DNA of 23,714 nt from Alphaproteobacteria bacterium (lineage in GTDB: Bacteria; Pseudomonadota; Alphaproteobacteria; UBA8317), in assembly GCA_038131935.1 (NCBI GenBank), contig JAYPQH010000013.1:1-23714 (forward strand). The letters are read 5' to 3'. This document shows, one piece after another, positions 1 to 11,619 of the stretch (positions are counted from its first letter, which is position 1; each line of letters starts with the position of its first letter). A program made the translations under genes and the position numbers. The notes under the pieces are model-generated. The model made no database searches and had not been told where the DNA came from. It saw only the letters and a program-made list of their open reading frames with translations.

Positions 1-275
1 CAGTTCTTTAAATATTACGCAATCATCACTTTTAGGTATCGGTTACGTAATTATTGGGCCTGCAATACTGGCCTGTTGTTTTTCACCAAAGGTGTGGAGA
101 CCCTGGGGCCAAATAGAGCAAGGAATGTTTTTATTTCATTCCTTGGTCACAGCCTTCTTGTCTGTTCTGATATTGGGTGAGCCTGTGGAAACATTTCATT
201 TGGTTGGTTTGTGTTGACTGCTTTGGGTTTACGTTTGGCTCTTCAAAAGGACTCATGCCTAAATCTACAGCTTGA
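1..275 (+). CDS. EamA/DMT-family transporter, C-terminal part (5'-truncated by the window edge, several apparent indels)
   Basis: Manual translation across frame changes gives approximately SSLLGIGYVIIGPAILACCF(F)TKGVETLGPNRAGMF(F)YFIP(L)VTAFLSVLILGEPVETFHLVG(F)[12 protein letters not shown]. This has the EamA second-repeat pattern (GV..LGP.RA..F...P......S...LGE.....H..G..L...G). Adding one A in the run at 245-248 gives the end ...[13 protein letters not shown] (273-275). Confidence 0.75.
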
Positions 276-2279
276 AGTTTACGAATTTCATCCCGCAATT
301 TGGCTGCTTTTTCAAATTCTAGATCAGCAGCGGCGGCTTGCATTCTTTGTTGGAGGTCCTCAAATGTGCAGCCATATTATTACCGTCCTTTTTCCGACTG
401 TTTTGTGAGAAGTTTTTCGATTGGGTTTCGATTTTGAAGTGGATGGGTCTGTCTTCTTCAAAATATTCTCAATGCTGCGCACAACAGTTTGAGAATTATG
501 CCATGTTTTTCATTATGCTCAATTTGCTTTTGTTTTCGACGGTTGCTCTCTGACAATGCCCGTTCCATGGATTTTGTCATTTTGTCCGCATATAAGATAG
601 CCCTCCCGTCCACATGTCTGGCAGCTCTGCCAATTGTTTGAATAAGTGAGGTCTCAGATCTTAGGAAACCCTCTTTATCAGCATCAAGAATGGCAACGAG
701 TTTGCACTCCGGTATATCTAAGCCTTCGCGTAAAAGGTTTATGCCAACGAGAATATCAAAACGTCCTAGTCGCAGATCGCGAATGATTTCAATTCGTTCA
801 AGGTATCAATATCGGAATGCATGTATCGAACCTTAAGTCCTTGTTCATACATATATTCGCTAAGATCTTCGGCCATTTTTTTGTAAGTGTCGTGACGAGT
901 ACCCGGCCTTGACCTCTAACAACTTCATGACATTCGGCGATGAGGTCATCAACTTGTGATGCAACGGGTCGTACAATCACCTCTGGATCCAAAAGCCCAG
1001 TAGGACGTATAACTGCTCAACAAAACCCCCAGTTTGTTGAAGTTCCCAACTTCCAGGTGTTGCTGAGACATAGATTGTCTCGGGGCGCATTGCATCCCAT
1101 TCTTCAAATTTCAAGGGCGATTGTCCACACAAGAGGGGAGCCGAAATCCGTGTTCAGACAAGGTGATTTTTTACTGTAGTCCCCTATACATCCCCCAATC
1201 TGAGGTATTGTCACGTGGCTTTCATCTATGAAAACAAGGGCATTATCCGGTAGATATTCAAACATGGTCGGTGGTGGTTCTCCAGGAGCTCGACCTGTTA
1301 AATAACGGCTATAATTTTCGATACCTGGACATGCGCCTGTAGCCTCCATCATTTCGATATCATATTGCGTGCGTTGCTCTAAACGCTGAGCTTCAAGCAG
1401 TTGTGCGCTGTTTTCCAGTTCTTTGAGGCGGGAGCGCAAGTCAATTTTTATTTGTTTTACAGCATTGGCTAGGGTTGGTCGTGGTGTAACGTAGTGAGAA
1501 TTGGCATATATACGAATGCGTTCAAGCCGTTCAGAGCGTTTACCTGTTAAGGGATCAAACGCGCTAATTTCATCGACTTCATCCCCAAACAAAGAAATCC
1601 GCCAGGCACAATCTTCCAAATGAGCGGGCCAAATATCAATGTTATCGCCTCTGACGCGAAAATGACCGCGTTGGAAAGCCACATCATTACGGCTGTATTG
1701 TAGGGCCACAAACCCACGCAGCAACTCGTCACGATCTGTACTGAGTCCCTGCATAATGTCCATGGTCATGGCGGTGTAGGTTTCGACAGAACCGATGCCA
1801 TAAATACATGAAACAGATGCAACAATAATAACATCGTCGCGTTCTAGGATTGCTCTGGTTGCGGCATGCCGCATTCTATCAATTTGCTCATTGATCGTTG
1901 ATTCTTTGGCAATGTAAGTATCCGTTCGTGGTACATATGCCTCTGGTTGGTAATAGTCGTAATAGGAAACAAAATATTCGACGGCATTTTGGGGGAAAAA
2001 GGACTTAAATTCAGCGTACAGTTGAGCTGCTAATGTTTTGTTATGCGCCAAGATAAGGGCTGGTCTTTGCAGTTGCTGAATAACATGAGCCATCGTGAAG
2101 GTTTTTCCAGACCCAGTCACGCCGAGCAAAACTTGGTTTCGTTCTCCTTGTTGAAGGTTTTCAACGAGTTCTGAGATGGCTTTGGGTTGATCACCTGCGG
2201 GGCTAAATTCCGTAACGAGCTGAAATTTTTGTCCGCCTTCGCTTTTTACGGGTCGTTCAGGTCTATGGGGTTGAAACAT
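243..2279 (-). CDS. uvrB: Excinuclease ABC subunit UvrB (3' half broken by multiple apparent indels; 3' end is at 243 if corrected, 131 as read)
   Basis: PAGDQP, Walker A GVTGSGKT, beta-hairpin [13 protein letters not shown] and DESH lie in ORF 1104-2354. Downstream frames carry [43 protein letters not shown] and the UVR domain [20 protein letters not shown] at 2279 was chosen as the start; 2354 is an alternative. Confidence 0.95.
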
Positions 2280-2375
2280 ATATTGCCTTTGGTGTTTGTT
2301 ACAAAATGCAAGGGTATTGGAAACATTCCTATCTAAACGCCCAAGAAGGCCCATTCCTTCATGCGGCGCAGGTTG

Positions 2376-3182
2376 TCAAGCAGAGAAACGTGTGCGCAAG
2401 GAAACGCAAGGATCATCCATAGGGAATGGTTCCGTGCGTACGACATAATTTTCTTTAGAAGCAGAAGAAGCTTTGTCAGGCTCCTCTTGAACCACGGAAA
2501 GTGCTTGATAACCAGCGGCACGAAGATGCACAGGCACGCCTGAGCGAGATTGTGTGTGACCGTTACCAGCAATCAAAACAACCTGTGGAGCTTTGTTGAG
2601 AGCGGAGATGATTTGCTGCGACATGAAGGCGTCCTTGAGCCACTGGATTTCAACCATAGGAGAAATGTATTGGGGTGGGAGAAGACCACAATGCGCATCT
2701 ATCATCTCTTGGCCCATCTGTTGTTTGATGTCGTCTGGTATGGACAACACACGGGAAACCTCTTTTCTTAGGCCCTCCAATCGATCCTTTATGTTTCGCT
2801 GAGGCGTATGCAAGGTGCCAGGAAGAACATCTAACTGATATTTTGTGATGACATCAAACAATGGACGATAAATATCGAAGTTAGGCCAGCCACTCTCTTC
2901 CCAGTTTAACAACATTTCCCATTGTTCAGCCGTTGAAGGTCTCTGATGTGGTTCTAATCGCTGATGGGTTTGCATCATTTCCATAACGACAATTGTGTTG
3001 TTTTGTTTTGCAATTTGCTCGAGCCAAACCGCTTGGTTTTCATGATGCTGCGGATGGTCATGACGTTCGCCTAACAGGAAAATGTTGTGCTGATCCAGTG
3101 GAAGGGGTTTTGCAGTAGCATGTGCGCTCGGGGTAAAATAAGAAATGGTTAAAAATAATGTGGCCATCCAAGCAATCATCAT
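2376..3182 (-). CDS. ChaN-like exported protein (haem-binding uptake, Tiki superfamily)
   Basis: Signal-peptide-like N-terminus. Motifs LLGERHDHPQHH, VMEM, WPNFDIYRPLF, AHCG and VLIAGNGH are typical of the ChaN family. ATG at 3182 is preceded by AGGGA. Confidence 0.8.
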   Translation of the reverse strand: MMIAWMATLFLTISYFTPSAHATAKPLPLDQHNIFLLGERHDHPQHHENQAVWLEQIAKQNNTIVVMEMMQTHQRLEPHQRPSTAEQWEMLLNWEESGWPNFDIYRPLFDVITKYQLDVLPGTLHTPQRNIKDRLEGLRKEVSRVLSIPDDIKQQMGQEMIDAHCGLLPPQYISPMVEIQWLKDAFMSQQIISALNKAPQVVLIAGNGHTQSRSGVPVHLRAAGYQALSVVQEEPDKASSASKENYVVRTEPFPMDDPCVSLRTRFSA

Positions 3183-3226
3183 CTTGTCCCTTTGCCTGCA
3201 TTTGGTGCAAACTCGCACAGTTATAA

Positions 3227-4448
<1,222 letters not shown>

Positions 4449-4502
4449 CATTCTTTGATGTGCAGCTACATCACATGATGTTGTGTTCATTTTAAGAGGT
4501 GA

Positions 4503-5498
4503 ATGATTATGGCCATCAAACAGAAACTCGTTGAGTCTTCCGTCACAGATCCAAAAGTGTTTTTCAATCGCCGTCAGTTTCTAACCTTGGGGGCGGCAAC
4601 CTCCATGGGAATATCTTTGGGGTTTGAAAAAGCGCATGGGTTTTGGGGTAATTCATCCTCTGTTGATGTGCAGACAGCTTGGCGAGAGGATCCTTCACAA
4701 GATCTTTATCCTGTGACCAGAAACCCTGTGTTCAATAAATTCACTGACGAAGTGACGGATGAAGCTATTGCGGCGCAGTATAATAATTTTTACGAATTTG
4801 GGTCGCACAAACAAATTGCTGCAAGTGCTCAAGCTTTACAAATAAGACCATGGGTGATCTCCGTGGACGGTGAAGTCGAACGTCCGATGCAATTTGATAT
4901 TGATGATTTGCTTAAATCTATGCCCTTGGAAGAGCGTATTTACAGGCATCGTTGTGTTGAAGCCTGGTCCATGGTTGTTCCGTGGTCAGGATTTCCACTT
5001 CATGCATTGCTTCGTAAGGTAAATCCAACAAGCCGTGCAAAATTTGTTCGTTTTGAGAGTTTTTTGGATACAAAAAACGCACCAGGACAGCGTCAGAGTT
5101 GGTATCCTTGGCCATATGTTGAAGGCCTTACCATAGCAGAGGCCACACATGACCTTACGTTCATGGCCACTGGAATATTTGGTCATCCTTTGCCAAAACA
5201 GCATGGGGCGCCAATGCGCCTTGCCCTCCCATGGAAATATGGATTTAAATCCAGTAAGTCGATTGTTAAAATTACGCTGACAGAACAGAGGCCAGTGAGC
5301 TTTTGGGAGGAAATACAACCCAAAGAATATGGTTTTTGGGCCAATGTAAATCCTGGTGTTCCACATCCTAGGTGGCCACAGAGAACAGAGCAAGTTTTGG
5401 GAACTGGTACGTTCAGAAATACGGAAATTTTCAATGGTTACGGTGAAGAAGTGGCAGGTTTGTATCCGAATCTGTCTGATATGGCATTATACCGATGA
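4503..5498 (+). CDS. msrP: Periplasmic protein-methionine-sulfoxide reductase catalytic subunit MsrP (molybdoenzyme)
   Basis: Tat motif NRRQFL; YNNFYEFG; Mo-ligand Cys in RHRCVEAWSMVVPW; PWPYVEGL; PWKYGFKS; YGFWANVNP.HPRW. Confidence 0.95.
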   Translation: MIMAIKQKLVESSVTDPKVFFNRRQFLTLGAATSMGISLGFEKAHGFWGNSSSVDVQTAWREDPSQDLYPVTRNPVFNKFTDEVTDEAIAAQYNNFYEFGSHKQIAASAQALQIRPWVISVDGEVERPMQFDIDDLLKSMPLEERIYRHRCVEAWSMVVPWSGFPLHALLRKVNPTSRAKFVRFESFLDTKNAPGQRQSWYPWPYVEGLTIAEATHDLTFMATGIFGHPLPKQHGAPMRLALPWKYGFKSSKSIVKITLTEQRPVSFWEEIQPKEYGFWANVNPGVPHPRWPQRTEQVLGTGTFRNTEIFNGYGEEVAGLYPNLSDMALYR

Positions 5499-5523
5499 AG
5501 GTTGTATTTAGTTGAGGTTTTAG

Positions 5524-6455
<932 letters not shown>

Positions 6456-6456
<1 letters not shown>

Positions 6457-7364
6457 TGCCGTATTCAACAAAAGTAGACTGGGATAAGATTCCAATATTT
6501 TACGCTGTCGCTGACTCTGGGAGTTTTACAAAGGCAGCCTCTATGTTGCAAAAAAGCCAATCTACAATTTCTCGACAGATCTCTGCTCTTGAAGAAAGCT
6601 TGGGAACAACATTGTTTTATCGTCATGCGAGGGGGCTGATGCTCACGGAGCAAGGAGAGCGTTTCCATAATACAATCAAGGATGTTTTTGGTAAGGTCGC
6701 TATGGCAGAAGCGGCCATTCAAGAAGAGGGTAGTGAGCCATTTGGCGACTTGAAGATTACCACAACGGTTGCTTTTGGATGTAATTGGTTGACGCCAAGA
6801 ATCGTTGACTTTGTTAAGGCTTATCCTCGGGTGCGACCACAGTTGTTGCTTGGTGAACGTGAGTTTGATTTGTCTATGCGCGAAGCTGACTTCGCGATAA
6901 CATTATGGCAGCCCACGCACCCCAATTTGGTGCAACGAAAATTTATCAATGTTCATAATCATGTTTATGCCTCAAAGGATTATGTGGCAAACCATGGCAT
7001 GCCTATGAGTTTGGATGACTTATCGGATCATCCATTTATCATTTATGGTGAGCAAGTAATTTCTTACTTAAAAGATCTTAATTGGTTACTCACAGCTGGT
7101 TTGGAACCAGGGCAAGCCAGACAACCTCATATGAGAATCAATAATGTTTATGGGATATTGCAGGCGTTAGAGGCTGGACTGGGTATTGCCATGTTACCTG
7201 ACTACTTGGCTGTATCTTCCGACAAATTGGTTCGTGTGATGCCTGAGGTTGAAGGCCCATCGATATCAACATACATTGCTTATCCTGAAGAGTTGAGGGC
7301 AACGCAGAAAGTACAGGCGTTTAAAAACTTCATTTTGCATGAGGCACAGGGCTGGTCTTTTTAG
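6456..7364 (+). CDS. lsrB: LysR-family transcriptional regulator, LsrB/VtlR-like
   Basis: DWDK..IF..VA..GSFT.AA..L..SQS.ISRQIS.LE HTH; RHARGL.LTEQGE; TTTV..G..WL; LPDY; C-terminal W.F. These match LsrB/VtlR as I recall the family. It is translationally coupled to trxB (TGATG overlap), the known trxB-lsrB arrangement. Confidence 0.85.
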
Positions 7365-7367
7365 CAT

Positions 7368-7384
7368 CATGCGTTTTTTGCATG
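7368..7384. promoter_or_regulatory. Candidate LysR recognition box
   Basis: Perfect dyad CATGC-GTTTTTT-GCATG containing T-N11-A (T7370, A7382), centred about 65 bp upstream of the predicted sRNA start. Confidence 0.6.
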
Positions 7385-7405
7385 GCAGAGTTGCTGGATT
7401 TTCGG

Positions 7406-7434
7406 TTGCCTTTCGCATTCATACATAACATATA
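7406..7434 (+). promoter_or_regulatory. Candidate sigma70 promoter for the downstream sRNA
   Basis: TTGCCT-N17-CATATA, followed by T, resembling the alphaproteobacterial CTTGAC-N17-CTATAT consensus. Confidence 0.45.
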
Positions 7435-7440
7435 TCCTAA

Positions 7441-7550
7441 CAGTTGTTGCGTTGCAGCAATCTGATGTTTGGTCGATTGATCATTCATGATGCGTCTTTT
7501 GACGTGTTTACCTCCCTGTATACCTGCCCCGCTTATGCGGGGCTTTTTTT
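7441..7550 (+). ncRNA. Probable trans-acting sRNA with a single-stranded anti-Shine-Dalgarno motif (AbcR-like position; suhB/MmgR-like 3' core)
   Basis: Non-coding gap after the LysR gene. It has a 5' hairpin (TTGTTGC-GTT-GCAGCAA, 7444-7460), TTTACCTCCCT at 7507-7517, then a strong terminator with a U7 tail. The 5' end is inferred from the promoter. Confidence 0.65.
7526..7550 (+). terminator. Rho-independent terminator
   Basis: GCCCCGC-TTAT-GCGGGGC followed by TTTTTTT. The last Ts overlap the selD stop codon on the opposite strand. Confidence 0.9.
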
Positions 7551-9582
7551 ATGCGAGCTTAGCAATACATGTGGCGTGATAATGTCCTTGCTCGTTTAAT
7601 ATTGAAAGCAAAGTTTCACTATTTTGTGGAGCACAAGCGATTAAGAAGCCCCCGCATGTCTGTGGGTCATGGAGCAAGAGTTCATCAGTCAAAGGATGGG
7701 TTGGTAATGATTGGGCGTATTGAGCATTTGATCCCCATAGGCTGCTTTGAAATTCTTTTTTCAATCGCTCAACACCAGGTAGAGCTGGAATAGCGTTTTT
7801 TTGCCAAGTGAAGCCATCGGTATCATATTCAAGCATTTCTAATAAATGTCCACTAATGCCATATCCTGTGATATCTGTAGCGCTTAAAATGGGAACATGG
7901 TCATTAAGGAGAATGAGATTTGGTGGTGTGCGAAGCAAATGATCTATAACAGCGTCATATTCGTCTAGTGTTAAATGCCACTGCATATGGGCAGACATCA
8001 AAATACCCGTTCCTATTGGCCCGGTAATGAAGATATCACATGGCCCTTTTGGGCGTTTTTTTGAAAACAATGCGGGGCCTAAGCAAGACCCTAGGCTCAA
8101 GGATAACATCCATTCAGATGACTCTAAGCTGTGACCTCCAATGACATTCATGCGCCAGATGTCTGAAATTTTTTGAACACCTTGCATCGTTTGCTGCAGT
8201 TGACGTGCCATCACGGCGTCATTGGCGGAGGGAAGTGCTGCTGTAACCATCGCCACCATGGGTTTTTTTCCTACAGCAAGGATATCGCCTATTGCATGCT
8301 GGCAAGCTATTTTCGCCATCGTATACTCGTCCTGGATAAATGAGCGCATAGCATCATTCGACCAATGCATGACTTCGGCACCTAGACGCAATTCTGCGGC
8401 GTCATGAGGTTGAAATGTACCATTCTTCTGTAACGCTTTCTTGAGCGCTGACCCGCTAACTTTGCCAGCACATCCGCCACAAATCATTTTATCATCTTTC
8501 TTTTTGGGCGCCATCATTGGTCGAATATCGTGAAATTGTGAGAGAAATTTTCGGTCAATAAAATTCTTCCAACTCCACACCCATCGACCATGACATGCTA
8601 AGCCATATTTATGGGCTATCCCATCATTAGGTCCCTAAGCTTATAAGGCGGAGAAAGTCTTTTTGCGGACGGAATGCTTTCATTGGCTTATCGTTCAAAA
8701 GGGCATTTATGTTGTGATGCAAGGTCGATGCGGACCTAACAGCATAAACACCTGCACGTGGTAGTACTTTTGGCTGAAATGTCGCCATGTCACCAGTGAC
8801 AAAGATATTGGCATGCCCAATGGATGACAGATGTGCATTTGTTTGAAAAACTTTTGTTGATTTACCGTCCCAAATCAGATTGGGGGGTGGCACGTCGCTT
8901 GGATGAGCCAACTTTGTTCACTTAAGGGTTCGGTCCAAATTTTGTTATGACAAATTATGCCCAGATCATGTAATTTTTTATGTGCGATCTTTGATGCTAA
9001 ATATCCCATATCTTTAAGAGGTACACCATTATGGTAAAGATGAATGATGACCTCGGATGAGCGCCTTCGGTGGGCTAGTGCTGCTGCAATTTCAACCCCT
9101 GCGGCACCAGCGCCAATGACTTCAATAATTGTTGGTTGGTTATTATCTATGGCCTGTAATAAGGGTTCAATCCGTCCCAAAAAAACGTCAATGGGTTTGG
9201 TTGGAATCGTTTGGAATGACTTGATTGCGTTGTTTTGTGCGCCCAAATTGAGCGCTAAAACATCGAATTCAAGAGAAGGACGGTCGCGCAAGATAAGTGT
9301 GTTGTCAGTCGTCCGGACCTCTGTAACTGTTGCGTTTATAAATCTTACATTGGTCCGTGCACAAAAAGCAGGAAGATTTATCATAATCTCTGCAAGGTCA
9401 TATACCCCTGCAAGATATCCTGGCACCATGCCAGAATAAGCCGCGTAAGATGTTCTGGATACCAAAGTAAGTCGGTTATTATGCTTCGGGTTCATGGCCA
9501 ACATTTTTAATGCCAACATATTTGCATGCCCAGCACCGGCGAATATAATGTCGTTTTGAAGTCGTCGTGATGTTAATAGCAT
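7549..9582 (-). CDS. selD: Selenide, water dikinase SelD fused to an N-terminal pyridine nucleotide-disulfide oxidoreductase domain; two apparent indels (~8885 and ~8634)
   Basis: N-terminal part: AGAGHA, YSGMVPGYLAG, IGAGAAGVEIA, IFVTGD, PRAGVYAVR, FRPQKDFLRLISLG. Removing one base at 8633-8635 continues into PNDGIAHKYGLACHGRWVWSWKNFIDRKF. SelD part: CGGCAGK (Cys-x-x-Lys), HDAA, HAIGD, GGHS, ATDITGYG..GHL.EM, DPQTCGG. Confidence 0.9.
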
Positions 9583-9633
9583 GGATACCCCTAGTTATGT
9601 TGATGTTATGGCGCATCATTCAGGAGAATAACA

Positions 9634-11619
9634 ATGGCTATTTTTGAAGATGATCAGTGGTTGCGTGCAGAAAATTGGCAAGATTTACTACGTGATCCTT
9701 CTTGTCTTGACGAAGCCATTCGTGAGTTTTTGGAAAAACAAAACCAACAAGTTGAGATGTTTTTTTCAGAGGGTCGAGATTGGCGGGCTGAATTATATGA
9801 GGATATGAAATCTCGTATTGTCGGTGACGATTCCTCTGTTCCCCTAAAGAGCGCACGTTTCCAATACCAAAAACGGTTCCAAAATGGATCTGAAAGGGTA
9901 AGTCATTGGCGTATCCGAGAGGATGGAGAAGAGCTTCTTCTGCTTGATGAAAATATTGAAGCAACAGGTAGGCCTTTTTTTCGATTGGGGCAGCTTGCAT
10001 GGGACCGCGCGGAGAAGCAATATTTTTGGTCGGCTGATTTTCATGGATCAGAATTTTATGAAATTATGCTGCGAGACGCTGACGGCCAATCTTACTCAAC
10101 AGGTATCTGTGATGCGGCACCAGAATTTATAGTTTGTGGAGGTGGGACATCTATCCTTTGGGTGCGTTTGGATGAAAAACATAGGCCCAAGGAGTTGGTA
10201 AGGAGCGATCTGATTGGAAAAACATCAGAGGTGATTTATCGAGAGCCCGATGATGGGTATTTTATGAGTCTATCATTATCTGGTTGTGGAGGTATTATTT
10301 TCCTTCATTTGGGGGATCACGAGACAAGTGAAGTTCGTTGGTTGTTTCGTGAAAATCCTGAAATTGCGTATCTTATTAAAGAGCGAAAAGAAGGCGTGCG
10401 CTATTGGGTAGACTGTGTGGCCCAAGAAGGTTGGTACCTGCTACATAATGAAAATCATCCAGATTTTTCAATTGATAAGTCCTCAGGAGCTGAGGGGCCT
10501 TGGGAAGAAATCATCGCTGGAGTACCTAACAGAACGATTCGTAAAATGCATGCCATGGCAGGTACATTATGCCTTGAGGTTATGCAGGATGCTCTACCTC
10601 AAATACTCGTGATGGATACCCATGGCGCTGTTCGGCATTGTCTCAAGCATGACGAACCAGCTTACGATATGGATGTTGAACAGCCATTAGACCATCAGCA
10701 ATCTCATTTAAGGCTATATGTTTCATCACCACGCATGCCCTTGAGCACTTTTGACGTAAATGTTTGGGACGGAACTTGGGCTTTGCGCAAAACACAGGAG
10801 ATCCCTTCTGGTCATTGTATGGAAGATTATGAGCTTTATCGATTTGACGTCGTCGTACGCGATGGCGAAAAGGTCCCAGTAACCTTGATACGGCACAAAC
10901 AGGATAAGGGGAAAAAAATTCCACTGTTTCTTTATGGATATGGCGCTTACGGCATGTCCATGCCTGCTTATTTTTCAACGGCAAGATTAGCGTTGGTAGA
11001 TCGTCATATTGGCTATGCTATAATCCATATAAGAGGTGGTATGGAGCGAGGCTGGGATTGGTATCAACAAGGTAAGAAATCAAAAAAGACCAATAGTTTT
11101 TTTGACTTTATTGATGTGAGTAAATTTTTGTCCCAAAGCGAGCATTGCAATGGTGCAGTTGCGGCACATGGTGGATCAGCAGGGGGAATGTTGATGGGAG
11201 CTATATGTAATATGGCCCCTGAAATTTATCGTTGTGTCATTGCAGAAGTTCCCTTTGTAGATGTTTTGGCAACAATGTCAGATCCGACACTTCCTCTTAC
11301 ACCGCCTGAATGGCCTGAATGGGGCAACCCCATTGAAGATGACGAGGCACGGGCATTCATCACATCATACTCACCCGTTGATAACGTTACATCACAGAAA
11401 TACCCAGCTATTCTTGCAACGGCTGGGCTTACGGATCCACGCGTCACTTATTGGGAGCCTGCACGCTGGGTAAAGCGACTACAACAGGTCAATCAGTCCG
11501 TTAACCCTATTTTGTTACACACAGATATGGATGCTGGCCATGCGGGCAAAACTGGACGCTACCAGCGTTTGGAAGAGGTGGCTCAGGTTTATGCTTTTGC
11601 GCTTCGCTTTTTGTCATAA
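9634..11619 (+). CDS. ptrB: S9A peptidase, oligopeptidase B (protease II)
   Basis: N-terminal DQWLRAENWQ; LYGYGAYG; HIRGG.E.G..WY..GK; catalytic GGSAGG (Ser), DPRV (Asp), AGH (His); VPFVDV; EWGNP. SD AGGAG at 9622-9626. Confidence 0.92.
   Translation: MAIFEDDQWLRAENWQDLLRDPSCLDEAIREFLEKQNQQVEMFFSEGRDWRAELYEDMKSRIVGDDSSVPLKSARFQYQKRFQNGSERVSHWRIREDGEELLLLDENIEATGRPFFRLGQLAWDRAEKQYFWSADFHGSEFYEIMLRDADGQSYSTGICDAAPEFIVCGGGTSILWVRLDEKHRPKELVRSDLIGKTSEVIYREPDDGYFMSLSLSGCGGIIFLHLGDHETSEVRWLFRENPEIAYLIKERKEGVRYWVDCVAQEGWYLLHNENHPDFSIDKSSGAEGPWEEIIAGVPNRTIRKMHAMAGTLCLEVMQDALPQILVMDTHGAVRHCLKHDEPAYDMDVEQPLDHQQSHLRLYVSSPRMPLSTFDVNVWDGTWALRKTQEIPSGHCMEDYELYRFDVVVRDGEKVPVTLIRHKQDKGKKIPLFLYGYGAYGMSMPAYFSTARLALVDRHIGYAIIHIRGGMERGWDWYQQGKKSKKTNSFFDFIDVSKFLSQSEHCNGAVAAHGGSAGGMLMGAICNMAPEIYRCVIAEVPFVDVLATMSDPTLPLTPPEWPEWGNPIEDDEARAFITSYSPVDNVTSQKYPAILATAGLTDPRVTYWEPARWVKRLQQVNQSVNPILLHTDMDAGHAGKTGRYQRLEEVAQVYAFALRFLS

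Noticed and set aside
2280-2375. LexA box upstream of uvrB
   Set aside because: No GTTC-N7-GTTC or GAAC-N7-GAAC match was found by eye.
8460-8486. Selenocysteine at the SelD active site (MsrB, TrxB and MnmH catalytic positions also checked)
   Set aside because: All are ordinary Cys codons in open frames (CGGCAGK, RYCIN, CATC, YCWRGG).
7549-9582. Selenoneine (senABC) or Se-dependent molybdenum hydroxylase (yqeB/yqeC) cluster
   Set aside because: No SenA-like sulfoxide synthase, SenB-like glycosyltransferase or YqeB/YqeC gene is adjacent. mnmH alone accounts for selD.
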